Virus record (IMG/VR): IMGVR_UViG_3300012349_000001 | Direction: 5' to 3' (one strand) | DNA from: a virus | Length of the DNA stretch: 60,532 nucleotides | Shown here: positions 50,571-60,485 of the stretch, piece after piece | Numbering within the stretch: the first letter of the stretch is position 1 | Layout of the letters: each line of letters begins with the position of its first letter | Program-made: the position numbers and the translations under genes | Notes under the pieces: generated by a model | The model's database searches: none | What the model was told of the DNA's origin: nothing | Seen by the model: the letters and a program-made list of their open reading frames with translations, nothing else

Positions 50571-51656
50571 ATGGCTTACGGAACATTAAGTATCTTTGAT
50601 ACCATTGGTGGCCGTAGAGCAGCCGCTAATGACTACATCGGGTTGTACGACCCCGCCACGCTCTATCAGCAGCTCTCTGTCTTCTTAGAAGCTCACAACC
50701 ACATCATGGACGCTATGAGTAGCGACTTGATGGAGCCAACGACTGAGCGCTTCCTCACCTACGGCTCAAATGACGAAACTCAGATGATCGATGGTGACGA
50801 AATGTCCAGGCCGGAAGTCCAGAAGGTTACTGTAACCCCTACCATGATGGGTTTTCCGCTCCGTATCCGTCAGGTGGCCTATGGCGTCACCCAGTTGTTC
50901 ATGGAGACGAAAACCATAGGGGACTTGGAGCAAGTGGTTACGGCCTGTACCGATGCTGATCTGCGCGATAGGTTGGCAAGTATCAGAGCTGCGCTATTCA
51001 ACCCGACCAACAGCTTGACCTATAAAGACCGCTTTGTAGACAATATCACGCTTCCCTTGCGTCAACTGCTCAATGCAGACGGGACGTACATACCCCCGGA
51101 CTACTACGGCAATACGTTCAACTTCAACACACACACGCACTACCTAGCTACAGCCTCGTTTAGCAATACTGACTTGCACTCGCTAGTTGACACGGTTGTA
51201 GAACACTTCAACACCGGATCTCTGCGCGTGTACATCAATCATGCGAATGAGGCTACAGTTAGAGGTTTTACTGACTTCCTGCCGTATTGGGACGCAAGAG
51301 TTACCCCATCCATCAATCTTACCAATGCGCTTGGTACGCCTTTAGATGTGCTCAATATCTACAACAGGCCTATCGGTATCTTTGGTGCAGCAGAGGTGTG
51401 GACGAAACCCTGGATAGCAGCTAACTACGCTTTTGCATTTAATACAGACGCGCCGAAACCCCTTCGCATGCGCACGCGCCCGACTGCTGGTGTCAATCGT
51501 GGTCAACTCCGTATCGCTGCACAGCTTTCTATGTACCCGCTTATGGCAACATACATGGAGAGGGAATACGGGATATCTGTCTTTAATCGCGAGAACGGAG
51601 CATGCATGGATTTGACGCACAGTACGTATCAAGCGCCACCTGCATGGAGTTTATAG
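50571..51656 (+). CDS. major capsid protein, 361 aa
   Basis: Strong SD AAAGGAG. Size and position after the scaffold and decoration genes. Confidence 0.7.
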   Translation: MAYGTLSIFDTIGGRRAAANDYIGLYDPATLYQQLSVFLEAHNHIMDAMSSDLMEPTTERFLTYGSNDETQMIDGDEMSRPEVQKVTVTPTMMGFPLRIRQVAYGVTQLFMETKTIGDLEQVVTACTDADLRDRLASIRAALFNPTNSLTYKDRFVDNITLPLRQLLNADGTYIPPDYYGNTFNFNTHTHYLATASFSNTDLHSLVDTVVEHFNTGSLRVYINHANEATVRGFTDFLPYWDARVTPSINLTNALGTPLDVLNIYNRPIGIFGAAEVWTKPWIAANYAFAFNTDAPKPLRMRTRPTAGVNRGQLRIAAQLSMYPLMATYMEREYGISVFNRENGACMDLTHSTYQAPPAWSL

Positions 51657-51681
51657 CATAGAAAGGGTATAAGGTAAATAT

Positions 51682-51888
51682 ATGCCAGATAAAAATACAC
51701 CACCTGATGGTCAACAACCGCCTACAGCAGACGTGCCTCAGCAGCCACCCGCTGAGGCACCTACTGAGCCAAAGCAAAAGCTTGATGTGACCATACCAGG
51801 CGGAAAGTATCTCAACGCGGCCGGTCAACTCGTGAACGCGAACGGTGAGCCAATTGATGAGACGGGTCGAGTGCTCAAGCTTCAGTGA
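51682..51888 (+). CDS. Pro-rich small protein, 68 aa
   Basis: Co-directional ORF. Confidence 0.45.
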   Translation: MPDKNTPPDGQQPPTADVPQQPPAEAPTEPKQKLDVTIPGGKYLNAAGQLVNANGEPIDETGRVLKLQ

Positions 51889-51908
51889 ATTGCGTGGAGA
51901 ATACGTAG

Positions 51909-52346
51909 ATGGATAGGACAACCGCATTAAGCTATCTCACAAAGGAATTTTCTGACATAGCCACAGATGCCAAGTTTGACGCAAATGCGACAAGTACGGC
52001 TTACAACACAGCTATCGACAATTCCTTGCGGCACTTGAACTATCTTGAAACGGATATTCCTACAGCAAATGTTGATCAGACGAACGTGATCAAGTACCTA
52101 GCTCTGCTCGAATACTTCACGCTGAAGCGCTTCATGCGACTGTACAGCCTCAAATACAACGTATCGGCTGGGAACAAGGCGGTTGAGGCTAGCAGGGCAC
52201 AGGCCTTTAGCCAAATGAGGTCGCTCCTAGGGCAAGCTGAAGCCGATCTAGCACGCTTGGGTATCCCACTCGGCGGAGTTGCTTCATTCGAGATGGGGCG
52301 TATCACCACAGACATTCTAGAGCCTAGCACGTTAGCGGAGTTTTAG
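51909..52346 (+). CDS. head-tail connector candidate, 145 aa
   Basis: First gene after the capsid genes. Function by position. Confidence 0.4.
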   Translation: MDRTTALSYLTKEFSDIATDAKFDANATSTAYNTAIDNSLRHLNYLETDIPTANVDQTNVIKYLALLEYFTLKRFMRLYSLKYNVSAGNKAVEASRAQAFSQMRSLLGQAEADLARLGIPLGGVASFEMGRITTDILEPSTLAEF

Positions 52347-52357
52347 AAGAGGTAAAT

Positions 52358-52624
52358 ATGGCAGATCAAGTACCAAGTGTAGGAAGAATTGTCCACTATG
52401 TTATGGATGAAGGCAACCACAAGGGGGAACATAGACCAGCCATTATCACGAATGTTTGGTCAGATACTTGCGTGAATTTGACTGTGTTTACCGACTGGTC
52501 TAACGACATTAACGGCTATTGCGGTATCTTGTGGCGTACATCTGTACTGCAAAACGAGGGAGACGTAAACCCAAAGAGCTTGGGATCATGGCACTGGCCC
52601 GAGTATGTGCCTGCCAAGGAATAG
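52358..52624 (+). CDS. hypothetical protein, 88 aa
   Basis: SD AGAGG before the ATG. Confidence 0.5.
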   Translation: MADQVPSVGRIVHYVMDEGNHKGEHRPAIITNVWSDTCVNLTVFTDWSNDINGYCGILWRTSVLQNEGDVNPKSLGSWHWPEYVPAKE

Positions 52625-52627
52625 ACC

Positions 52628-52996
52628 ATGCCAATACTTGACGACACCGACTTGCAGGTCCTGGCCGACCTCGTAACCGATCTTGCTCACAAGGATGACT
52701 GCCTCATCACGCACACGGCAAAGGTAGACGATCCCTATGGCACTGAGACGGCAGGCACGGTCACGACTCGCACGGTCAAATGCTTAGTAGTGCCGCTTCC
52801 TAGACCCGTTGTTTTACAGGCATTTAACGAGAGGATAGGCGCGTTTGCAAAGTGGCACGTCTCATTCCCTCTCAACACAAACCCCCAAGAGGGGGACTTG
52901 CTTACCATTAACGGGCAAAAGATGATTGTACAGATTGTATTGACACCACAAACGTTTAGTATCAATGATGAAGTATTAGCGGCAACGGTGACATGA
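52628..52996 (+). CDS. head-tail adaptor (head closure) candidate, 122 aa
   Basis: DPYGTETAG...VKCLVVP...WHVSFPL...EGDLLTINGQKM resembles the head-tail joining family pattern. Confidence 0.55.
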   Translation: MPILDDTDLQVLADLVTDLAHKDDCLITHTAKVDDPYGTETAGTVTTRTVKCLVVPLPRPVVLQAFNERIGAFAKWHVSFPLNTNPQEGDLLTINGQKMIVQIVLTPQTFSINDEVLAATVT

Positions 52997-53403
52997 TGAG
53001 CGACAACGCATATAACAATTGGAGTGCAATAGCTAAAGCTCTTGAACCTGCATGTACAGAGATAGTCAGCTCTGTAGCACGCAATGGTGCTGGTGAAGTG
53101 AGAAACCAAATTGCATCGAATGGACAGGTGAGGACAGGGAACATGCTGAAAAGTGTGTACGCCTCTACTCCTGAAGGTAGCGACTATCAGAGCGATGTGG
53201 AGAGGTCACTACCAGAGGTAAAACCGGAAAATAATCAGGAAGCAATTATAGGCGTATCAGCAGATTATTCTGTGTTTCCCAACTATGGGACTATCCACCA
53301 GCCACCTCGTCCATTTTGGGAGCCTGCGATGGATCGTGTGCAACTTGATTTTGAGGTTGGGATGGAAGACCTTGCAAAACGTTTAGAAGACGCTGGAAAG
53401 TAA
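52993..53403 (+). CDS. HK97 gp10-like tail-completion/head-tail joining protein, 136 aa
   Basis: VRTGNMLKSVY...IGVSADYSVFPNYGT...PRPFWEPAMD. Confidence 0.65.
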   Translation: MMSDNAYNNWSAIAKALEPACTEIVSSVARNGAGEVRNQIASNGQVRTGNMLKSVYASTPEGSDYQSDVERSLPEVKPENNQEAIIGVSADYSVFPNYGTIHQPPRPFWEPAMDRVQLDFEVGMEDLAKRLEDAGK

Positions 53404-53422
53404 ATAAAGTACAGGAGATTAT

Positions 53423-53746
53423 ATGCAAGTTTGGAGAAAGTACAAGGTAAACCAGATAGTAGACTATCAGACAGATGACAGCGGTGTTAAATGTAGTACA
53501 AGGAAAGTTATGCTTGGCGTCTCGTCAGACATGGAGACCAACCCTGGCAACCATGAAAATTCTGCTGTAAATGTAGAAGTTACTATCGAAAGTTCTGAAA
53601 GCTCAATGCTCTCTCAGATTTTCGACGGTGAGATAGGGCATGAAATTGAGATACGGTTCACAGCAGGCGATATGCTCAAAGAGAAAGACGACACCTGGGC
53701 AAGAATAGTCGGTACCTCCGTTGATCCCTCGCCTGCTATAAACTGA
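53423..53746 (+). CDS. hypothetical virion-module protein, 107 aa
   Basis: SD AGGAGA before the ATG. Confidence 0.5.
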   Translation: MQVWRKYKVNQIVDYQTDDSGVKCSTRKVMLGVSSDMETNPGNHENSAVNVEVTIESSESSMLSQIFDGEIGHEIEIRFTAGDMLKEKDDTWARIVGTSVDPSPAIN

Positions 53747-53780
53747 GTCCACTAGATAAACAAAAAGATAGGATATACGC

Positions 53781-54095
53781 ATGGACACCGTAAACAATCG
53801 CGAAACGGTTTCAAACGACAAAGCTCACTATATCAATCATCTCGGTCAAATATTCAATGCCGTTATAAAGCGCATAACGCACCATGACGGCAATCATCAT
53901 GCAGAGCTTGACGTTGATGTAAATGGGCAAACTGAGACTGTAGAGGATGTGCCGTACAATACGTTGCCAGAGGCGCATAGCTGGAACCATGTCATCACTG
54001 CTGAGCACACAGAACCTAAAATGCCTGTAGTGCCACCTGCTACGACTGAAGCGACTGTAGAGCCAGTACAGCTCACTGAGCAGGTTGCTCAGTGA
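53781..54095 (+). CDS. hypothetical protein, 104 aa
   Basis: Co-directional ORF. Confidence 0.45.
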   Translation: MDTVNNRETVSNDKAHYINHLGQIFNAVIKRITHHDGNHHAELDVDVNGQTETVEDVPYNTLPEAHSWNHVITAEHTEPKMPVVPPATTEATVEPVQLTEQVAQ

Positions 54096-54538
54096 GCACC
54101 AATGAAGTCGTCAGCGGCTTTGAGTTCATAACCTCGACATTGCGAGCTAGCAGTCAGTGGGTAACTCTTAGCCCCGGGGGTGTCAAGCGAGGAAGAGCTC
54201 CTGTTGGGACGGTATTCCCGTGTACGATAACCGCATTCCAGGGCGGAAATGATGTTATATACGCGAATGCCGTTAGAGCATTCATTGACGCTCTTTATCA
54301 GATAAAAGCAACGGGTCCAACAGATCCAAGCTTTGGGAGTACACAAGCAGTATTCGATCTTGCAGCGGCTATTGATGACGCATTTGGAGGTGATCAGGGG
54401 CTCAAGCATATTCCCGTACCTGGGGGATACATCCTCTCATCGTATCGCCAGTCACCACTGCAATACGACGATGATACAGCAGGTATTCAATATACGCATA
54501 TCGGCGGATTATGGAGAATTAGAGTACAGAAGAGATGA
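54092..54538 (+). CDS. tail terminator-like protein, 148 aa
   Basis: GTGA overlap with the previous gene. Located directly upstream of the major tail gene. Confidence 0.4.
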   Translation: MSTNEVVSGFEFITSTLRASSQWVTLSPGGVKRGRAPVGTVFPCTITAFQGGNDVIYANAVRAFIDALYQIKATGPTDPSFGSTQAVFDLAAAIDDAFGGDQGLKHIPVPGGYILSSYRQSPLQYDDDTAGIQYTHIGGLWRIRVQKR

Positions 54539-54564
54539 ATTAGATAGATAGGAGGGATTAGAAG

Positions 54565-55842
54565 ATGCCATGGAGTCCTGAGGTATCAACGATAGGCCAG
54601 ACCGTACAGGTAGGGATTGAATCAACACCAGGAACAGCAGTACCAGCTAATAAAAGAATTGATAATCTCGCGTACGTCTTCGGACCTAAAGGCGACTTTA
54701 AAGAAACATCAGGCACAGGACGTAAGTATCCATCAGTGCAACAACTTAATGCAGAATGGATTGAAGGTACGCTATCGGGGTCGATGGACTACAACAGTAT
54801 GGTGTATCCGTTGGCAGGCGCATTAGGCGTTGTAACACCAGTTGCGCACGGAGCTTCAGCAGTTGCCAAGGACTGGATACTTGATGCTTCACTCTCAGGC
54901 GCAAAGCAGCCTCAGACGCTCTCCTTTGAGCAAGGTGATCCTGCGACGAGGGCTCATAAGTTTGCCTACGGCTTGCATACAGCGTTTGGCTACAAGTTCA
55001 ACCGCAAGACCGATGCCTCGGTCTCTGGTACTGTGCTAGCCCAGTCGGTGACTGATGGCATCACCATGACAGGCTCCCCAACTGCTGTTGTCTTGTCTCC
55101 TATCACAGGCCAGCACTTCAACCTCTACTTGGACAGCACTTCAGCAGGACTCGGTGTTACTCAGGTGCTTAAAGCTCTCTCTGCTGAATTTGCGATGGCT
55201 TCGATTTATGGCCCCGCTTGGTACATCAACCGTGCCAATCCCTCCTACTCAGCTCATGTCGACCTGAATCCAACGGCTACTTTCAAGTTCATGGTAGCAG
55301 CAGACGCGGCTGGCATGGCGAGCTTGGGAGATATGCGCACTGGCGTCACGAAGTTCTGCCGCGTGGAAGCGCTTGGACCTGTGATCGACAATAATCAGAC
55401 CGTAACACTTGGTGCACAATCGTCTGGTACCTTCACGCTGACATATAAAGGTCAAACCACAGCAACTATCGCGTACAACGCGGCTGCTTCTGCTGTGCAA
55501 ACCGCATTCCTTGCGCTGTCTACGGTCGGGGCTGGCAATGCAACGGTATCCGGCAGCGTAGGCGGTCCCTACGCAATTGCACTCAGTGGCGCTCTTGCTC
55601 AGGACACGACGGCTATCACAGGCACATTTACCGCTTTAACCACTCCCGGGAACGCCTCCATCACACAAACGCAGGTCTATGCTCGTTTCTGGCATGACAT
55701 GGCTATCAAGATTGGGCAGCCAGGCCAGTGGGCGGACAGCAACGGCGTGTTTATGATCGAGTGGACATGCTCCATTTTCGAGGATGGTGGCTGGGGCCAC
55801 GCCCATCTGGTGACTCTCACAAATTTACTAACGGCTCTTTAG
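54565..55842 (+). CDS. major tail protein, 425 aa
   Basis: SD AGGAGGGA. Located before the chaperone pair and the tape measure. Confidence 0.65.
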   Translation: MPWSPEVSTIGQTVQVGIESTPGTAVPANKRIDNLAYVFGPKGDFKETSGTGRKYPSVQQLNAEWIEGTLSGSMDYNSMVYPLAGALGVVTPVAHGASAVAKDWILDASLSGAKQPQTLSFEQGDPATRAHKFAYGLHTAFGYKFNRKTDASVSGTVLAQSVTDGITMTGSPTAVVLSPITGQHFNLYLDSTSAGLGVTQVLKALSAEFAMASIYGPAWYINRANPSYSAHVDLNPTATFKFMVAADAAGMASLGDMRTGVTKFCRVEALGPVIDNNQTVTLGAQSSGTFTLTYKGQTTATIAYNAAASAVQTAFLALSTVGAGNATVSGSVGGPYAIALSGALAQDTTAITGTFTALTTPGNASITQTQVYARFWHDMAIKIGQPGQWADSNGVFMIEWTCSIFEDGGWGHAHLVTLTNLLTAL

Positions 55843-55849
55843 GAGTTCT

Positions 55850-56212
55850 ATGCCTTTATCACACTCTCAGGTACAAAAAGACGAAGCAACGGTTTCTATA
55901 CCAATGCTCGGTGAAATGCTCAATATCGTCTACTATCCGTCAAGGATGACAGATGATGTATTCATCAAGTTTGCAGAGATTGAAACCGTAAAGACGATCA
56001 ATGATGCAAAAGGCGCTTTGACCAGCATGAATGAAATGTTGGCTGGCATGATCAAATCATGGGACTTTTATGAGGATGACGAGCAAACGGTTATGTGGCC
56101 TCTAGAGCCTGCCATGCTTGCAAAAGTGGACATGACCTTCAAGCTGAAGTGTCTCTTCGCTATCATGAGGCACGTCCGCCCGGAAGCTCAGGTGCCTCAG
56201 ATCCCGACATGA
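55850..56212 (+). CDS. tail assembly chaperone (gpG-like), 120 aa
   Basis: Canonical position, with an overlapping -1 frame ORF downstream. Confidence 0.7.
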   Translation: MPLSHSQVQKDEATVSIPMLGEMLNIVYYPSRMTDDVFIKFAEIETVKTINDAKGALTSMNEMLAGMIKSWDFYEDDEQTVMWPLEPAMLAKVDMTFKLKCLFAIMRHVRPEAQVPQIPT

Positions 56213-56409
56213 TCGATCTGGGGCGCTGGCTAGCAACTGATGGGCTCGTTGGCGCAATGACCGACGACTACCCGCTTTGGGTAGCATCTGATCGGTGTCA
56301 CTGCCCACCTTGGGAGTTGGCAAAGCAGTCTGTGTGGTGGCGTGATCGGGCACTAAAGATATTGGATAGAGAAAACTACGCAAGAGAAGAGAAGAGAAAA
56401 CATCAATGA
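56080..56409 (+). CDS. -1 frame extension (gpT-like part of a G/GT fusion)
   Basis: The -1 frame is open from 56080 and ends 15 nt before the tape measure start. No independent SD. Confidence 0.6.
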   Translation, partial: RANGYVASRACHACKSGHDLQAEVSLRYHEARPPGSSGASDPDMIDLGRWLATDGLVGAMTDDYPLWVASDRCHCPPWELAKQSVWWRDRALKILDRENYAREEKRKHQ

Positions 56410-56423
56410 GAGGAGGGTAGTTT

Positions 56424-59400
56424 GTGGGAATTGTCGCATCTCAGCTAACAGGCGTGATCTCAATTACCGGGGCTGCTCAGGGTAAAGCTGACATCCTCAG
56501 CGTAGGCTCTGCTTCACAGACGGCACAGGCTGACCTTACTCAACTCCAAAATGCCGCTAAAGATGTCAGCTCTATCCTCTCCTCTCGAATGTCTGCTGAG
56601 CTGAAGAATGCTCAATCGGGCTTGCAGGATCTAGCCGTGCGTGCCGATGCTGCCGGTCTCGATGTCAGCAAATTCGCCTCCCTCCAAATGCAAGCTGCCG
56701 AGTCCTCTGCTCGTCTAGGAGTAGCCCAGGCCCAGGCCGCTGCAGCTATGGAAAAGGCCAACCTCGTTACAGCGGACGCCTCCTCAAGTACCGAGCAAGT
56801 CGCACTCGCACAATCGAAAGCGGCTCTTGCTGCGGAACTTGTCCAGAAAGCAGAGGCAAATGCTGGCAACGCTATGGCAATGGTTGCAGGCGAGGCCACG
56901 CGACTATCAGATGCCCTTGAAACATCTAATGTAAAATCCAACGTCTTCTCGACTGCCATGGCTACGGGCGAGAAAAGTACTGGTGGGTTTCTCAGTGGCA
57001 TAACGGGAGCTGCAAGCGGGCTACTTGATTTTGGCATGAAGGCAAGCATGACGCTCATGGGTGTGGAGATGCTTGGTGGCATGTTCATGAAGGTTGCAAC
57101 CGCAGCGGGCGACATGATCGGCAATTTTCAGCAACAGATGACAAAGCTCACCACCACTGCAGGAGAATCGACAGACAAAATCAAGATGGTCGGTGACGGC
57201 ATCCTTGCCATGGCAGGCCCTACTGCTACCTCCGTAAAGAGCCTGGGCGACGCGATGTATTTTGTCGAGGGCGGCGGGGCTCATGGGAAGAAAGCTCTTG
57301 AAGATCTCAGGATAGCTGCAATGGGGGCAAAAGCTGAGAATGCCGATTTGACTGGCGTAACAAAAGCCTTGATGTTTACCCTTGCCAACTATGCGGATAC
57401 GGGCCTCACAGCAGCGGGCGCAATGAATACCTTGATCACTGCTGTTGGTGAAAGCAATATGACACTACAGGACATGTCAGGCGCGATATCCAATGTTATG
57501 CCAACCGCCCATGCATTTGGCATTTCACTGACTGATGTCACCGCAGGCCTTGCAACGATGGTCATGAAAGGGGACGATGCATCAGCTGCGGCTACCCACC
57601 TTGCTATGATGATCAAGACGCTCGAAGCACCTGCCTCATCAGGGGCCAAGGCACTCGCTTCCATCGGCCTCACGACGCAACAGGTTACCGACGAAATGCG
57701 CAAGTCCCTCCCAGGCGCTCTTGAATTGATTGTTGACCATCTCAAAAACAAGTTTCCAGAGGGCTCTACTGCTTACAATGAAGCACTCAAGAACATATCA
57801 GGTGGCAGCCGGTCAATGCAGGCAATACTAGAGACAACAGGCTCATCTCTTGATACCTTCAAGCAGAACGTTGACAAGATCACAGGGGCTGTCAAGGCTG
57901 GTGGTAACTCAATAGCGGGTTGGAATGATGTAACACAAAACTTCAATTTCATGGTAGACCAAGCAAAAGCATCTGTTGGGGCATTTGGAATTGCGATAGG
58001 AACAGCACTAGCTCCAATGCTTGGCAGTATGATCGGGTCGATAACAAGCGGGGTCATACCTGCTCTCAGCAAATTTGGACAATGGTTTATCGCAGAGGGC
58101 ATACCAGCTATACAGCAATTTGGAGCGTCAATAGCTCCTCTGCGATTTGTTGTAGAGGATCTAGGGAGATGGTTTGTTCTTGCCCTTAAAGATATAGGCC
58201 CGCTTTTAGCGCAAATAGGGCAGGTTGCTGGTACTGTTTTCGGGAATATCGCGAAATATATGGGGGAAAGTGACCAGTTTGGGGCTTTGCTTACTGATTT
58301 TGAGACTCTAGGTAATCAAATCCTTCGACTCGATCTTTCCAATTTACGAGCCCTGGGGCCAATCGTCCAAGGTGCTCTTGGCATTCTCGGGACTATCCTC
58401 ACAAGTATCGTTATTCCTGCTCTTGACTTCTTTGTCTTTAATCTTGGCAGAATGTATGAATTCTTGAATAATGGTTCAGTTGCAGCACAATTGGTCAAAG
58501 GAGCGCTTTTAGGCATAGGAGGGGCAATAGCCGCTATCCAGATCGGAGCATTTGTCGCAACCATACCCGCTCTTGTGGCTGGTTTCTTTGCCTGGGCAGG
58601 CGCTGCCGGGCTTGCTGCCGTTGCTACTATAGCCGCCACGTGGCCTATCCTCGCCATAGGAGCGGCTGTAGGTGTAGTTGTGGCTGGCATTGTCCTGGCC
58701 GTGCAGCATTGGGGCGACATCATGGGCTGGATCACAGGTAAGACAGAGCAGACGCGGATCAAGGTAGAAGAAGAGCATACCAAGATGGCAATCGCGATGG
58801 ATACCAAGACTGCCGATGGTGCTCAAAAAGCTATCAATAACATGGAGATGGAACGCACAGGCATTTTGCAAAAGATGAAGGAAACAAATGATCCTATAGA
58901 AAAAGCTGAACTTGATCACCAACTAAAAATGCTCAACGCAAATGAGCAGGCACAAATGCTGAAACTGCAAAAGGCAGATGAGGACAAGAAAAAGCAACTA
59001 GCCAAGCAAAAAGAACTGCATGACCGGATGGTGGAAGCGCAAAAGCCATGGTTTGCACGGATGTGGGACGGGATATCTGGCTTCTTTGGGAATATAGGCC
59101 ATTGGTTCACAGATCGCTTCAAAGATGCTAAAAATGGCATAGCAGGTGTATTCGGCTCTATAGGCCACTGGTTCGGGGATAGATGGCATGACATTGAGAA
59201 TATCTGGGGTGGAGTAGGCCAATGGTTCCAGGACAGATTTAAAGATGCTAAAAATGGCATAACAGGAGCTATAGGCGATATAGGCCAATGGTTCCAGGAT
59301 CGCTGGCATGATATCCAAAATATCTGGGGCGGGATTGGTAAGTGGTTTCAAGATCGCTGGAACGAGTTGCCATCTCCACTAAAAGCGACTCTTGCCTATA

Positions 59401-60485
59401 TAGGAGATGTATTTCAGACATTATGGAATATTGTCGTTGCTCTGTGGGGAAAAGCAGGCGCTAAGTTCCAAGAATGGTGGAGTGATGTTGAAAGGCCAAC
59501 AGCGGTTTTTGTGGGGATGATAGGTGGTAAGATACATGAAGCTTGGAATGCAGTTGTGGGAGCATTTCAGTTCCTTGGAAGGTGGTTTGGTGACCGATGG
59601 GAAGACACGAAGAAGATACTCGGTGGTGTAGGCGCTTGGTTCCATGATAAGTTCGCTGAAGCTTGGGGCCATGTTACAGGCTTCTTTGGTTTTCTAGGCA
59701 AGTGGTTTGGGGACAGGTGGCATGATGCACAAAATATACTCGGAGGCGTCGGCAACTGGTTTCACGATCTGTTTCAGGGAGCTTGGAATAAGGTCACGCA
59801 AATATGGGCTCCTATCGGCAAATGGTTCTCTGACACGTGGGATGACGTTAAAAAGAAGACAAGCGATAAATGGAATGAAATAAAGACAGATGCATCAAAT
59901 ATATTCAAGGGACTGATTAACGCAATTATAGATCAATTGAATAATGGCATATCGGGTATTGAGAACTTTATCAACTTCTTCGGTCAGGGCTTGGACAGCA
60001 TCGCTACCAGCTTGGGAACAAAAGGCACCATACCAGTAGCTCATCTTGGCAGGATACCGCACTATGCTGAAGGAACAGAGGCTCATCCGGGTGGCCTTAT
60101 GGTCACAGGTGAAGAAGGGCCTGAGCTTACGTGGGCACCCCCAGGGACAAAAGTGGTACGCCACAAAGAAACCATGCAGATCCTTGCAGCTATGATGGGA
60201 GGAAAGATCCCGGGCTATGCTGGCGGAATCGGTGACCTCGGCAGTCAAATTCTGGGATGGATATCTGGCGGCGCGAAAAGTATTCTCGACAACGTGATCA
60301 GCTCGCTTCACATCAAAGCCCCTGACCTGGGGCCGATGAGCAACATTTCAAGCGGCATCTTCGACACTATCAAGAATTGGGCTCTATCGTGGGTTGAAAA
60401 CCTGCTTCCAAATTTGACTTCGGAGGCCAATCGGTCAATATTCCCGGCAACGTGCAGAGTTGGATTGAAGCGGCGATGGCATTGA
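56424..60485 (+). CDS. tail tape measure protein, 1353 aa in this frame
   Basis: Long Ala/Gly-rich helical region, hydrophobic central segment, W/F-rich repeats and a GEEGPELTWAPPGTKV motif. GTG start after GAGGAGGG. Confidence 0.9.
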   Translation: MGIVASQLTGVISITGAAQGKADILSVGSASQTAQADLTQLQNAAKDVSSILSSRMSAELKNAQSGLQDLAVRADAAGLDVSKFASLQMQAAESSARLGVAQAQAAAAMEKANLVTADASSSTEQVALAQSKAALAAELVQKAEANAGNAMAMVAGEATRLSDALETSNVKSNVFSTAMATGEKSTGGFLSGITGAASGLLDFGMKASMTLMGVEMLGGMFMKVATAAGDMIGNFQQQMTKLTTTAGESTDKIKMVGDGILAMAGPTATSVKSLGDAMYFVEGGGAHGKKALEDLRIAAMGAKAENADLTGVTKALMFTLANYADTGLTAAGAMNTLITAVGESNMTLQDMSGAISNVMPTAHAFGISLTDVTAGLATMVMKGDDASAAATHLAMMIKTLEAPASSGAKALASIGLTTQQVTDEMRKSLPGALELIVDHLKNKFPEGSTAYNEALKNISGGSRSMQAILETTGSSLDTFKQNVDKITGAVKAGGNSIAGWNDVTQNFNFMVDQAKASVGAFGIAIGTALAPMLGSMIGSITSGVIPALSKFGQWFIAEGIPAIQQFGASIAPLRFVVEDLGRWFVLALKDIGPLLAQIGQVAGTVFGNIAKYMGESDQFGALLTDFETLGNQILRLDLSNLRALGPIVQGALGILGTILTSIVIPALDFFVFNLGRMYEFLNNGSVAAQLVKGALLGIGGAIAAIQIGAFVATIPALVAGFFAWAGAAGLAAVATIAATWPILAIGAAVGVVVAGIVLAVQHWGDIMGWITGKTEQTRIKVEEEHTKMAIAMDTKTADGAQKAINNMEMERTGILQKMKETNDPIEKAELDHQLKMLNANEQAQMLKLQKADEDKKKQLAKQKELHDRMVEAQKPWFARMWDGISGFFGNIGHWFTDRFKDAKNGIAGVFGSIGHWFGDRWHDIENIWGGVGQWFQDRFKDAKNGITGAIGDIGQWFQDRWHDIQNIWGGIGKWFQDRWNELPSPLKATLAYIGDVFQTLWNIVVALWGKAGAKFQEWWSDVERPTAVFVGMIGGKIHEAWNAVVGAFQFLGRWFGDRWEDTKKILGGVGAWFHDKFAEAWGHVTGFFGFLGKWFGDRWHDAQNILGGVGNWFHDLFQGAWNKVTQIWAPIGKWFSDTWDDVKKKTSDKWNEIKTDASNIFKGLINAIIDQLNNGISGIENFINFFGQGLDSIATSLGTKGTIPVAHLGRIPHYAEGTEAHPGGLMVTGEEGPELTWAPPGTKVVRHKETMQILAAMMGGKIPGYAGGIGDLGSQILGWISGGAKSILDNVISSLHIKAPDLGPMSNISSGIFDTIKNWALSWVENLLPNLTSEANRSIFPATCRVGLKRRWH
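59041..59870 (+). repeat. tandem W/F-rich peptide repeats inside the tape measure
   Basis: Reiterated units such as IGHWF.DR(F/W).D(A/I).N(G/I) and GG(V/I)G.WF.D. Confidence 0.8.

Noticed and set aside
56612-59755. Many long - strand ORFs inside the tape measure gene (e.g. 56612-57124, 58316-58807, 58916-59260).
   Set aside because: They are antisense shadows of a 4-kb gene with strong compositional periodicity. They have no SDs and contain low-complexity Ala/Ser/Pro/Arg sequence.
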